DNA of 64,000 bases from Camelus ferus (GCF_009834535.1 NC_045696.1:8682001-8746000); one strand, 5' to 3'; shown: positions 1-11,739, numbered from the stretch's first letter. The notes: generated by a model not told the origin, from the letters alone. Made by a program: numbers and translations.

Positions 1-5
1 CATGG

Positions 6-493
6 TCATGGATGACACCTCCTTTGGGGTCCCAGGACCTTCCTGAGATAGAAATGGAGAAGCCAGTTCATCCCAGGAGGGAATTGCTTTCTGGAATGTC
101 TTGGACAGTTATGTTTCTCCCAGAGAGACACGCCCTTCTGATCATCTCTAAATGTTAAATATTCTGAGACTGCAGTCCCTGGTAACGTAACAAGTCTTGG
201 AGCAGGTGTGGAAAGCGGTGTGTGTGTAGCATCTTGAGGTGTGTGATTGGGACTAGAAAGGGCCAGGGATAGAAAACATCTCAGAAGCTGCCTATTATAA
301 AGGTTCAGATTTCCATGTATTGTGTTATAAAGGGAATAAGTCAAACTGAAATCTTTAGGAGTATCAGCATTTATAGATGATCAAGCCCCGAGGAGGTAAA
401 GAACATTCTCAATAAAGCCGAACCAGAGAGGTTGAGGGGCTGCTGGGCATGAATCTGTGGGCTGGGGGACTTGAACATCACCCCATCCTTTGT
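6..493 (-). pseudogene. Exon remnant, possibly SAM-like start (FIENVLYLLG/LDHL)
   Basis: Acceptor ctatag at ~494; 112-codon ORF 6..344 preceded by a frameshifted frame KGWGDVQVPQ...WFGFIENVLYLLG. Confidence 0.4.
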
Positions 494-699
494 CTATAGC
501 TCAGGGAAGAGGGACAGCTAGCTCACAGCCAGGGGGACAATAAGAACAGAGACAACCACAACACAAGCCAGTCTGATCTACTGACACCACCACCACCTCC
601 CCGGCAGAACTGCGAGGGTCAGTAGTGAGTACGAACAAAATAAAGCACCAGGTATTTAAAGAAATTCTGAAACATGAAAGATGATATGGAGTATATGCG

Positions 700-1093
700 C
701 TTGCTGGGGCTGAGTGGCTCAAACAGAGATGCACAGCCTTGCAGTTCTGGAGGCTGGAAATCCAAGATCAAGGCATCTACAGGGCCATGCTTCCCCTGGA
801 GATCCTAGGGAAGGAAGGCTCCAGGCCTTTCTCCTAGCTTCTAGAAGCTCTCTGGCTTGTGGCAGCATAACTCCAACCTTCACATGGAGCTCTCCTTGTG
901 TCTGTGTCCAAATTACCTCTTTTTATAACAACACCAGTCACACCGGATAAGAAGCCCACCCTGCTCTAGTGTGACTTCACCTTCCCTAAGTACATCTGCA
1001 ATTACTTTATTTCCAAATAAGGCCACACTCTAAGGTATTGGGAGTTAGCACTATAGCACATGGATCTGAGGAGGACACAGTCCAATGCATAGC
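700..1093 (-). mobile_element. MLT1-type MaLR LTR
   Basis: cagttctggaggctggaaatccaagatcaagg ... ggacacagtccaatgcatagca, typical MLT1 reverse strand. Confidence 0.8.
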
Positions 1094-1571
1094 ACAATAT
1101 TTAATACATATTGAAATAAAACATTTTAACTTCAGAAAGGGAAGACTTTAGAAAGCATCTGTTTTGTGTTCTGAATATAATGCAAGACACTATGAATTTC
1201 ACGCCATAAAACTGAAAAGTGAGGTGAGAACATGACCCTGAGATGAAAAGGGATGTGGGACTGAGATGCGGCAGAACTGAAAGGAGAAAATCAACAAGAT
1301 TTGCAAGAAAGCTAGAAATTGCAAAAGGTTGATGAAAACCCACAGTAGGAATAGTAAGACACAGCGTCAACTCTGTAGGAACCTGAATTGATAATTTAAC
1401 ACTCAAGACACTTCTTAGACTATTGGGGAAATCTAAAGAGATGAAAGAAAAGAACAGATGTAAATGTATGGATAGACAGATATAGAAGATTGATTCATGG
1501 GTTCTGAAAAGCCAGATATCAATGGAAGATAGTAAGTAGGTAGATAAGTCCATTGATCAAAAGATGGATAG

Positions 1572-1667
1572 AGGGAGGTGGGGGTATAGCTCAGTGGTAT
1601 GGTGTGTGCTTAGCATGCTCGAGGTCCTGGGTTCAATCCCCAGAACCTCCATTAAAAAAAAAAAAAG
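1572..1667 (+). mobile_element. tRNA-derived SINE (camelid Vic-like), short form
   Basis: gggtatagctcagtgg A-box, ggttcaatccc B-box, poly(A). Confidence 0.9.
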
Positions 1668-1825
1668 ATGAAGAAGGAAGTTAAAAAGTTGGGTAAATAT
1701 GAAAGACAACACATAAATCAATACAAAAGAGAGATGAATAAAGATGTGAGAGAGAGAAGGGGAAGGGAGACAGATGTGGAAGAGAAGGAGATGGATAGAC
1801 ACTGAGAAGAAATATTGTGTATATT

Positions 1826-2091
1826 CCAAATTCAAGTGGGGAGAAGATGGTTTTCTGGTCTGGGGATGATGCAATCAGTGGAACCAGTTTTAAAGCCTCC
1901 AACCAATCTTTGATGATACTGCATGAGTTTATCTGCTTCTGCAGATCAGTGACAATTCCATGCTTCTGAAGTTCGATCAGCAACAGCCACAATCCGCAAA
2001 CACTCCTTCCATGGCAGGTGGTCAACCAACTTTTCTAAATCCTGGTTTTGAAATTCCAGCAATTCCTGAATTCTGTATTTCTCAAAACCCT
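1826..2091 (-). pseudogene. Exon remnant, SAM-like
   Basis: Acceptor ttttatag|; GFEKYRIQELLEFQNQDLEKLVDHLPWKECLRIVAVAD, frameshift, then ELQKHGIVTDLQKQINSCSIIKDWLEALKL. Confidence 0.6.
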
Positions 2092-2129
2092 CTATAAAAC
2101 CATTTCAAAAATGGCATAAGAAAACAGAA

Positions 2130-3070
2130 GTGAATATCTGGCAAACAGATTAGGAAAGACATTTCTAAGCATAAATTAATTTTTTAAATTACAAAAAATA
2201 GATAACAATAAAAATCAAAAACATTAGTGTCACAGATACTCTAAACAACATTGTTAGGCAGACAGAGTAGAAAAATTATTTGTATTGAATGTCACAGACA
2301 AAGTAAGTCATGATTAGAAATCATTCTATTTAAAGAACTTGTAACATTCAGTTAGAAGGACACGAAAAACCCCAACAGCAAAACTGGGCAAAGCTATGAA
2401 GACAATTCACAAAAGAAATACAAATGGAAATAACCGAGCACTCATAAATCAAAATCAAGGAAATCACATCAAAAAAATGCAAACTAAAATCATAATGACA
2501 TTCTGTACATCAAATTAGCAAAGATCAGTCATGGTTACGCCAGTATTAGCCAAGGGTGTGATCACAGTGCAGACACTCAGTCGCTGTGGAATGATCTTTC
2601 TGAAAGTTTCATCATGTTCATAGCAAAAGCCTTAAAACAAAGTTCACATGCTTCACCCAGAATCCCTGAGCGGGTATCTACCCCTTGGAAGTAACAAGAA
2701 GCTCAAACCAAGTTTTCAGCACATATATCATTGCTGAGATAGTTTTAATTGTGCAACATTTGGAGAGATGTCCAACAGCCATGAACGCGATGCCATGAAT
2801 TTTGGTGCATGCCCGTGATCGATGGAAAATTTTGTAGTCATTGCCATGAAGTTTGCAAGAAATTTTTAATCACATGTGAAAATACTTATGCTGTAGCCAA
2901 ATCAAAAACAGGATATAAAATTATAGAAGCTCTATGATTTAAATTTTGTTAAAGTGCGTGTTTCTAATTCAAATTTTATTTAAGTGTGTGTAGAAAACTA
3001 CAGTGAAAAATACATCCTTTTTTGCCCCCGGTAGTTATCTTTAAATAATTTGATTATAGGTGATGATTAT
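2130..3070 (+). mobile_element. Old L1 (L1M) ORF2-end/3'UTR fragments
   Basis: A-rich sequence with degenerate L1 motifs (aaactgggcaaag...gacaattcacaaaagaa, aaatgcaaactaaaa, atcaaattagcaaagat). Confidence 0.65.
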
Positions 3071-3333
3071 TTTCTAAATTCTGAGCATCTTCTCCCACTG
3101 GCTGTTTATAAAGCCTCTATTTATTCCGAAGACTTCTAGCCTCTTTCAGAGCATGTTCTTTCCTTTCCTTTCCTTTGTTTCTTAAACTTAATTATACCTT
3201 TCACTAAAACGCATCTGCTGTGAATGCAGGAGCGCATTCTGCGTGTTAGCGGCACCCCAGGCGTTCCAGCTTCCGGGTGGGCTGCGTGGCTCCTCCAGAA
3301 TGCTTTTTTTGTAGTGCTGGCTCAGTGACTCAC

Positions 3334-3545
3334 GAGTCCAGATTCATGCACCATCCCAGGGCGCAGACAGGAGAGAGAATCAGGCGCTGCCCCTCTGCGA
3401 GCTGGCGTTAATGTAACCCTTAACAGCTTGCCAGGGGCCTCATTGAGAAAGGTTTTCACAAATCCAATTTTATAATTGTTCCCATCCCGGGAATTGCCCC
3501 TTCCTGGCTGGTTTGTGTCCATTCAGGTGCTCCTTTTCTTGTCAT
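3334..3545 (-). pseudogene. Exon remnant
   Basis: Strong donor ctc|gtgagt at 3334/3333; frame NYKIGFVKTFLNEAPGKLLRVTLTPARRG...HESGL; polypyrimidine tract at ~3545-3565. Confidence 0.6.
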
Positions 3546-4034
3546 AAAACAAGAAAGAGATTATTGGCTCAATTCCAAACTGTACGGGCTCTTTTTGTAA
3601 TCACACGCGTACAACACAAATCACAGATATTGTTACAAATCAAAGAAGTTTCCAGTGACAGAAGAAAACTGTCGTAACAACATGATTTGCAAAGAAAAGA
3701 ACTTAAGAGTTATGTAAACCATATGAGCTTGTTTTTTTAAAAGATTTTTTAAAAAGACCGGAAGTGTGTGTAAGAAAATTTTACTGCTTGTTTCTTTGGA
3801 TTGTGAGAGTATAGGTTTTTGTTTTCATTTTTACACTTTTCCTGTATGTATTAAGGTTTCTATCTTGAGTCTTTTAGAAAAAGGCAAGCCTATTATTTGC
3901 AGATTGGAGTGGGATGGGTGGGCAGGGGTAACAACAGCAAAGACAATTACAGGGTAAAGTCGATCTTAGAAAAGAAACTCCCCTGATGAAGACGGGCTTT
4001 TGTATTTCATCCCCCGGAGGCCAAGCCCACTCAC

Positions 4035-4332
4035 GTCGTCAGTCAGCAGCTGTGCCCCTGAAGCAGTTTTATCAGCCGAGCTTTGCGAAAGTGAAAACTG
4101 AGACTCGGGTAGATCGTGCAGGGTTCCCGCGGCCACACATCTCGTTCGGGGGGAAGTGGAGACGTCACGATTATCCGCTCTCCACCCCTCTCCTGGGGGA
4201 GGTGAATGGACCACCACTGGGCTTACCTAGTCGAAGATACAGCGTGTGCTGGGGCACTTGCGGAAAATTTCCCCAGGGTTCAACTCAGAGCCAGCACTTC
4301 CGTGAGCCATAGGGACCTACATTTTTCCTGCC
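4035..4332 (-). pseudogene. Exon remnant (CpG-retaining)
   Basis: Acceptor cattttccag|, donor gac|gtgagt; reading frame ambiguous. Confidence 0.45.
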
Positions 4333-4611
4333 CTGGAAAATGAATGGAAGCTACTATGCATGCCAGAGCATTCTCAGGGTTTCTTTTCCTTTCTTTCTTT
4401 CCTTTTTTTTTTTTTTTTTTTTTTTGCCACATGCAATCGTAAAATCAGATGGGGTGTGGGTTTTCTCCTCCTTGCCTTTCCCATTGTCAGATACCCTCCC
4501 TCCACTTCTGACTGACTCTTCTGCTCTCCATAGGCTGGGATGCTGAGAGAGGGGCAGAATTGTCCGGGAGGGAGGTGGTCACATGGGCTGGTTGATATTT
4601 ACAGCATTACG

Positions 4612-4858
4612 ACATCATTCCCCAAAGCTGTGTTTCCCGGAAGGAGGCAGGATTCGCCTGGCAGCCCCATTGTGGGCAGCATCCCAGTGCCCCTCGGGCA
4701 GGACTGCTGGACGCCACATTCTGCAGACCCCCAGCATCCTTTGTTCTTCTGGAGAATGTAGCTCATTGGAACTGAAAAGAATATTAACGGGAAATCTTGT
4801 GACATGGAATGCTCAGGAATGCCGCTTCGTTTGGCTTTTGAATTTTGTACTGAGAATG
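4612..4858 (-). repeat. Copy 1 of a diverged ~240 bp local duplication (exon plus acceptor flank)
   Basis: Aligns by eye along its length to 5525-5765; acceptor ttcttttcag| at 4772. Confidence 0.9.
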
Positions 4859-5524
4859 AAATGCTTCTCTGGGGCTATGCCTTTCCCCCCTTTTGCATGT
4901 CCTACTTTATTGAGGTGGCCTAAGGTGCTGTGAGTCTCTGTATACATGAAAAGTGAAGCAGGAGCTATACTTTATTTATGTGATTCATACTAAAGTGTTG
5001 CTTTTGCTGAAATTAGCAGGTAATTGACAGCAGAGGTACTTTGAGGTTTCCATTCAGTCTGCACTTGAATTACCTAGGAAATTGCTTCATTTCCTAAGTT
5101 TGCATGAGGACAGTGTCTCAGATGAATCCCACAGCTTGATGCTGAGAAGAAAGTGCAGATATTTTAATTATTAATAGAATTGACTTGACTGCTTCATCCA
5201 AAAGAGGCGAACTGAACATGGAAAAGCTTGAGGGAGGTTAGTTCAAGGACAAGTTCTGGGAATGCTGTCAGACTTCTGCCAGTCTGAGAGTGGCCACTGA
5301 TGGGCAACTGAGTTTGTCAAGGAGGCACGTACCCCTCCTAGGATGTGTGCCTGTCTGTCCACATTTGCTCTGACATCCAGAGGGAGGGCTGGGTAACCGT
5401 TTGAAATAAAGACACCTGTGTCAGTGTGCTTCCGGGGTGCCAGACTCTGAAGACAGTTTAACTCACTAACTCTCACGACAATGCCATGCTGAGGCAGGTC
5501 CTATCTCCAGTCTCTAGATAAAGA

Positions 5525-5765
5525 ATATCACTTTCCAAAGCCTTGTTCCCGGGAAGGAGGCAGGATTCCCCTGCAGCCTCATTGCGCCCATCCCAGTGCC
5601 CCTTGGGCAGGGCTGCTGGACCCCACATTCTACAGACCCCAGCATCCTTTGTTCTTCCAGAGAGCAAAACTCATTGAAACTCAAAAGAATATTATAGGAA
5701 ATTTTGTGACATGGAGAACTTAGGAATGCCACTTCATATGCCTTTTGAGTTTAGTATTAGAAGAT
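5525..5765 (-). repeat. Copy 2 of the local duplication (exon ~5477-5679)
   Basis: Shares ggaaggaggcaggattc, catcccagtgcccc, ccacattct, cagcatcctttgttcttc and tgtgacatgga with copy 1; donor gtc|gtgaga at 5477. Confidence 0.9.
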
Positions 5766-5941
5766 GCAAAGAAAGACTGGACTTAACAAGAGTTTTGCTG
5801 CTACAAAGTAGCAGAGCCTGGATTTGAACTTGGGACAAATTATGTCTCAAAACTATGATCTTTCTAAACGGTCACACTGCTTTTTGAGTTCCCTGGCTGA
5901 GATCAAAGGATCTTAGGGTCTAGTATCGGATGAAATATTAC

Positions 5942-6163
5942 CCTGGGCTCAAGTATTTCCAGTTCTTCACTCCTGGAAAAAGTGAGAAGTTCGGTGAGGG
6001 AGCATCAGAGAGGTGCCTCCTTCACTGCCTGACTCTGCATTTGCTCCTTGGCGAGGTGCGGAGACTCTCCAGAGTGCAATACCAGAGGCAACGCGTGTGG
6101 ATGTTAGGAGTACCTTTTGACTTTGCAAAGCAGGTTTAAGAAAATACATCCATTTCTGGACAC
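5942..6163 (-). pseudogene. Exon remnant, SH3-like end (ELLTFSRSEELEILE)
   Basis: Acceptor tgtacag| after (TG)n, donor agg|gtaata; one frameshift needed. Confidence 0.5.
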
Positions 6164-6167
6164 CTGT

Positions 6168-6169
6168 AC

Positions 6170-6204
<35 letters not shown>
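6168..6204. repeat. (CA)n microsatellite
   Basis: Seen directly. Confidence 0.95.
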
Positions 6205-6207
<3 letters not shown>

Positions 6208-6369
6208 CACAGACCATTCCTGCCTCCTGTTAGGTCTTGGCTGGGATCTCTTGAGTGACCCTACAAGGGCAGATGTGGCTTGGTCACCAGTACCTTCTGA
6301 AATATTAGTGTGAAGATGAACTTGGGTATGAGGCAAGCACAGTGTGGAAAAACAGGAAAATTGCATCTG

Positions 6370-6640
6370 TGACAATGATTTATTTTTGGAGCAGCTGAGA
6401 AAGGAGTCATGAACTTCACCCCCTGTATTTAAGTGAGCGCCCTCTCAAATAGCTGTTTTGATTTCCATTACTGTTCGAGGTCTCCATACTTTGGTTTGAG
6501 TTCAGAAGCTTGAAGACTTGTGTTTAAACGATGGGTTCCTGACTCTCAGGGTAGGAAAATCCTTAACAGCTATGGAGGTTGTTTCAAATCTCCCCAGAAA
6601 GTCCACAGCAGACGGCAAAACAGGCTATGTTTGCCATCTC
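6370..6640 (-). pseudogene. Exon remnant, SH3-like
   Basis: Pieces in successive frames: FETTSIAVKDFP, SELKPKYGDL, TVMEIKTAI*EGAHLNTG; needs 2 or more frameshifts. Confidence 0.35.
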
Positions 6641-6697
6641 ATAATAAGCCCTCACTGCTTCCCGAGTCAACCAGTTTCATCTTTGACAGCTTCCTCT

Positions 6698-7270
6698 GTA
6701 TTATTATTATTTTTACATTGAAGTACAGTCAGTTTACAACATTGTGTCAATTTCTGGTGTACAGTATAATGTTTTAGTCATACATGTACATACATATATT
6801 TCTTTTCATATTCTTTTTCATTATAAGTTACTACAAGATACTGAATATAGTTCCCTGTGCTGTACAGTGGGAACTTGTTGTTTGTCTATTTTATGTATAA
6901 TAGTTAGTATCTGCAAATCTTGCAATCTCAATTTTTCTCTTCCCATCCCCTTTCTCCTTTGGTAACCATAGTTTGTTTTCTATGTCTGTGAGTCTATTTT
7001 TGTTTTGGAAATAAATTCATTTGTGTCTTTTTTTTTTTTTTTTAGATTCTATGTATTAGTGATAGCATATGGTATTTTTCTTTCTCTTTCTGGCTTACTG
7101 CACTTAGAATGATGATTTCCAGGTTCATCCATGTTGCTGCAAATGACATGTTTATTCTTTTTTATGGCTGAGTAGTATTCCATTGTATAAATATACTACA
7201 ACTTATTTATCCAATATTCTGTCGCTGAACATTTAGGTTGTTTCCATGTCTTGGCTATTGGTAAATACTG
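6698..7270 (-). mobile_element. 5'-truncated young L1 3' end with TSD
   Basis: L1 3'UTR; TSD tgacagcttcctct (6684-6697) / tgacagcttactct (7271-7284). Confidence 0.9.
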
Positions 7271-7349
7271 TGACAGCTTACTCTTTCAAAACATTTTCCT
7301 TATATTGAGTTGAAATCTGTCTCACTGCTTAACTTAGAAGAGGAGCCAG

Positions 7350-7475
7350 CTGGCTCAGAGGTGCCCATCCAGCTGCACAGGCTGTGCACTGCACCACTCC
7401 AGGGGCACGGTTCATGTGGACTTGGATGGCAGAGACCAGCAGGTGGCTGGAGTTGTGCAATACCATGGCCCTGGT
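7350..7475. mobile_element. MER91-like hAT MITE
   Basis: catccagctgcacaggctgtgcactgcaccactccagggg ... gagttgtgca...ggccctg. Confidence 0.55.
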
Positions 7476-7494
7476 TTGCCATGACAACCTTCAT

Positions 7495-7640
7495 ATTTTT
7501 TTTTAATTGAAGTACAGTTACAATGTGTCAGTTTCTGGTATATAGCACAGTGTCTCAGTCATGCGTATATATTCATTCATTCATTTTCATATCCTTTTTT
7601 TATTAAAGGTTGTTATAAGATATTGAATATAGTTCCCTGT
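7495..7640 (-). mobile_element. Short L1 3' end
   Basis: Poly(T)-aattgaagtacagttacaatgtgtc...tgaatatagttccctgtg. Confidence 0.85.
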
Positions 7641-9210
7641 GTGTGTTTGTTTTGATTCTCAGCTTCGATGTCTGCCTCCAGTTGGAGAGCTACACTCTGA
7701 GCAGCTCAACTAGCATTCAAGAGCTTTCAGACTCCCTTCCTGGATCCCTCTATCTGTGTCATCAAAGCCGGCCACCCCTTAGTATATGTACATGATGGAA
7801 TTTAATTTCATTCAAGCTCAAACACGCAAGTTAGGTTTTTACCTGGAAGGCAACACATCAACTGTCATTTGTCAAGCTGTTGCCAAATGGGGAGGAGATG
7901 GGAGTGTGGGGCTCTGTTTAAAATTTTCCTTGGAGAATCCATTTTGTTTCCAAATGTGATTATGTTTAAAAAGTTTTAAGTATCAATTCTGCAACATCAT
8001 TAGTAATAAAAGTGTCATTTTATTTATTTTTAAGAATTTGGGGACACTGGAAAAGAAAAAAAGTGGTAAATAAATGGAAAATTCTTTCTGGCCAACTTTT
8101 AACTTCATAATAAAAATATCATTATTTCCTGAGCCACTAATACATAGTTTGCATCATCTGGTCAAGGAACAAAGCTTAGAAAACAGAATGAAGCGCATTT
8201 CCAGGAAATGTTCAACTTACTCAAATTCCCCACCTCTTAAAAAAACCTATTACATCATGCAGCCATTATAAGTTCTCATCTTTCCTGTGGAAGGAAATTT
8301 GTTAGGAACTAAATTGGTATACAGATGGCTAACATTTCTCCAAATAAAGAATGCACTTCTGTAACAATAATAATGCAACCTTTATATAAAATGCTATGTA
8401 ATTATCTCTAATTTAATATTGACTTTCCCTCCTGGGAAATCCAAATTATTAAAGATTTACCATAAGCTAAAAATTATGGATTCTTGAGGAAAGTGATTGT
8501 TGCTAGAAATATAATAATTTGGCCCTTTGGTGGTTGGAGCAAACAGTTCTTTCTCTGCTGGTTGTGTCTTTGGCGAAGTGGCAGTTTAAATGACACACTT
8601 GGGCACAGTGATGATGGAGAACTGGGTCTGGATGGAAAGGTAGCTCTGGTGTGATGCTCAAGATGAGGTCTTTGCTAGCTAAGGGTCGCCCACTTCACTT
8701 TCATTATTAAACATTTGCAAGAGCCTTCCTGAAAAAAGCTATGTGGGCAGAATTTGTGCTGGGACGGTTTTAGCATCTCATAAAACTGACACTCTAACAC
8801 TTGGTATGAAAGATACGGGGGCAGGGGTGAGCGAGACTCAAAGAACGAGGGAAAACTCCTAACTCCCCAGCTGTGTGTTCTTGCTTAAAAACGGATTTCA
8901 CCACTGATGAGTGATAAGGTCAGAGAGCAAGACTAACTCTTAGCCTCTGTACACAGGCAGACAGTGGCAAGGAACAAAAATGGGTGTGTGTGCACATGTG
9001 TGTGCACGTGTGTGTATGCACGGTATTTTTTCCCTGTTGTTTACAAATGCTTACAAACATATTTTCCTCTGCTGCCAAGAAAAGATAGGGGATTGAAAAG
9101 CTTAGCAGGTTTCATGAATAGCAATGCTGAAATGTTAAAAACAAAAGAAATCAAGGTGCTTCCCCGCTGTATTTCCCTCCCCAAGGGATTCCGTGGGTTA
9201 ATAAACTAAC

Positions 9211-9432
9211 CAAAACCTAGTGTGGACTGCAGTTGAAACTATAGAGAACTGGTATCTTCTTGGATCCAGCTGCACATACTGATGTCAAAACAGTAAAAGC
9301 ATCGAAAAGTCGTCCGGGGCTAAAAGGAAACTTGGGTTCATTATTTTTAAACAAAGCCAGTGAAGCAAGTGAGTTGCGATTCCGAGGCAGTCCAGGACAA
9401 TAGTTCTCGAGCACTGAAGTGGGCAAGAGTTG
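9211..9432 (-). pseudogene. Well-preserved exon remnant (222 nt, phase 0-0, one stop)
   Basis: ctctcatag|QLLPTSVLENYCPGLPRNRNSLASLALFKNNEPKFPFSPGRLFDAFTVLTSVCAAGSKKIPVLYSFNCSPH*VL|gttagt. Confidence 0.7.
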
Positions 9433-9457
9433 CTATGAGAGATAACAATGAATGATG

Positions 9458-9768
9458 CAGACAAATTTATGGTTACCGAAAGGGGAAAGGGAGGGAGGGA
9501 TAAATTAGGAGTTTGGGATTCACATATACACACTACTATATATCACAGATGAACAACAAATTTCTACTGTATAGGACAGGGAACTATATTCAATATCTTA
9601 TAATAGCCTATAATTTAAAAGAATATGAAAAAGAATGTGTATACTGTGTTACTATATTGAGTTGCTATATTGTACCCAAGAAATTAGCACAACATTGTAA
9701 ACTGACTATACTTCAATTAAAATTTTTTTAAAATAAAAATTAATTAGTTTAAGAAATAAAAAATAAAA
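9458..9768 (+). mobile_element. L1 3' end
   Basis: acaaatttatggttaccgaaagggg...gactatacttcaatt plus A-rich tail. Confidence 0.9.
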
Positions 9769-10553
9769 CCACCCTGGCAACTTAAGCTATATAGAAGCTG
9801 GATAATATTTTTTGAATAAAATGAATGTCATTATAAAAAATAATAAATGAAACAGTTGCTAGGACTCATGTCTTTAAGTTGCCCTCCTCCTCCCCCTCCA
9901 AAGTCAATCCACATACGTAAGAGTTACCCTTCCCCCAGCACCCCACACACATTGCCTCCCTCAGCCCTGGAGACCCAGTGACAAGCCACAGGACATCTAT
10001 TAGCATGCATTAAAATAAAATGCATCACTTGGAATCTCTACTTTGGTTGGGGCCAGTCCAGCATCCTTGGGAAGCCAGAATCTGCCAAGTTTATCTTTCT
10101 CTCCTGGAATTCAGACATTTAATCAATGACACTGGCTTTGCCAAGGTTGTAAAAATAAAACAACTCTCAAATTGCTAAGCCTTTATTTTGGTCTGCAAAG
10201 ACATTCACATGCTACACTTGGTGATCAAAATACAAAGAGCTCACTCTAAGAGAGTAGAAAATAATTGCATGTGTGTACACGAGCGGACAGTGAGCTTTAG
10301 TGCACAGGACGTGAAAAATCTGCACCATGATAAAAATGCAACATGCCCCAAAGTCTCAGCTAAATTTAAGTTCCTGCTTATTTTCAAAGCCTTGTTTTAT
10401 CTGAAACTTTCGGTGCCATATTTACCTACTAAGCATAGTTGGCTTTTCTCTACTTTGTACTAACATTCATGAAACTACGAAGCTACATGTGTATATACAT
10501 GCACAAAAACTTTTCTACAAGGTTGTTTGACTGTTTTGCAGCCCAACATTTAC

Positions 10554-11275
10554 TTGTTATTTATCATAAAATTCATAGTGTAGACACACACGATATCCCC
10601 AAGAAATGAAAAAGCATCACAGTGGCTCAGATTTAAAAGCTCTCCATCATCACAGTTTACTCTCGGTGGCAAGCGACGGCAGTGTGCCAACAAGTCATGC
10701 TCAGTGCACATGAATACAACAAGACTTTACTTCCGGGACATCGAACCCATCCATCTTAATAGACTAGTCGGACGACTGATCATCATCTTTCATTTTGTGG
10801 GATAGGCTGTTCATTTTTGTTTTATTGAAGTATAGTCAATTTACAATGTTGTGTTAATTTCTGGTGTATAGCATAGTGATCCAATTATACATATATATAT
10901 TCCTTTTCATATTATTTTTCACTATAGGCTATTACAAGGGATTGAATATAGTTCCCTGTGCTACACAGGAAGACCTTGTTGTTTATCTATTTTATATATA
11001 GTAGTACCTGCAAATCTTGAATTCCCAATTTATCCCTCCACCACCCCTTAACTGTAAATTTGTTTTCTATGTTTGTGAATCTGTTTCTATTTTGGAAATA
11101 AGTTCATTTGTGTCATTTTTTTTAGGTTTCACATGTAAGTGATATCATGGGGTGTTTGTCTTTCTCTTTCTGGCTTGCTTCACTTAGTATGATCTCTAGA
11201 TCCATCCATGTTGCTGCAAATGGCATTATTTCATTCTTTCTTATGGCTGAGTACTATTCCATCATATATACACAC

Positions 11276-11306
<31 letters not shown>

Positions 11307-11681
11307 CACACATATACATATATATATGTATATATATATACACACACATATACACACACCACAGCTTCTTTATACAGTCATCTGTTGATGGAAGGACATT
11401 TAGGGTGCTTTCATGTCTTGGTGATTGTAAACAGTGCTGCTATGAACATTGGGTGCGTGTATCTTTTCAAATTAGAGTTTCCTTGGGATATACGCTCAGG
11501 AGTAGGATTCCTGGATCATAGGGTAAGTCTATTTTTAATTTTTTAAGGAAACTTCATAATGTCCTTCATAGTGCCTGCACTAATTTACATTCCCACCAAC
11601 AGTGTAGGAGGGTTTCCTTTTCTCCACACCCTCTCCAGCATTTATCGTTCGTGGACTTTTTAATGATGTAGGCTGTTCATC
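10554..11681 (-). pseudogene. Exon remnant split by an L1 insertion
   Basis: Acceptor ttctaatag| at 11682; after removing the L1: DEQPIPQ...DGWVRCPGSK / SLVVFMCTEHDLLAHCRRLPPRVNCDDGELLNLSHCDAFSFLGDIVCVYTMNF; donor aa|gtaaat. Confidence 0.55.
10815..11668 (-). mobile_element. Young L1 3' fragment with perfect 12-bp TSD and internal (TA/CA)n
   Basis: TSD taggctgttcat at 10803-10814 and 11669-11680. Confidence 0.92.
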
Positions 11682-11739
11682 CTATTAGAAGATGACATGG
11701 CTTTAGGTAAACAGAGAAAGGAAGGTGTAAAGCTTGGAT

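Noticed and set aside
1101..1553. 150-aa minus ORF
   Set aside because: Antisense to A-rich, L1-like sequence; composition-driven F/L/S-rich translation
1572..1667. tRNA gene
   Set aside because: tRNA-like head runs into poly(A), with four related copies in the window (two with clear TSDs); these are SINEs
1826..2091. Tc1/pogo transposase fragment
   Set aside because: No TIRs or DDE motif; it has a splice acceptor and fits better as a SAM-like exon
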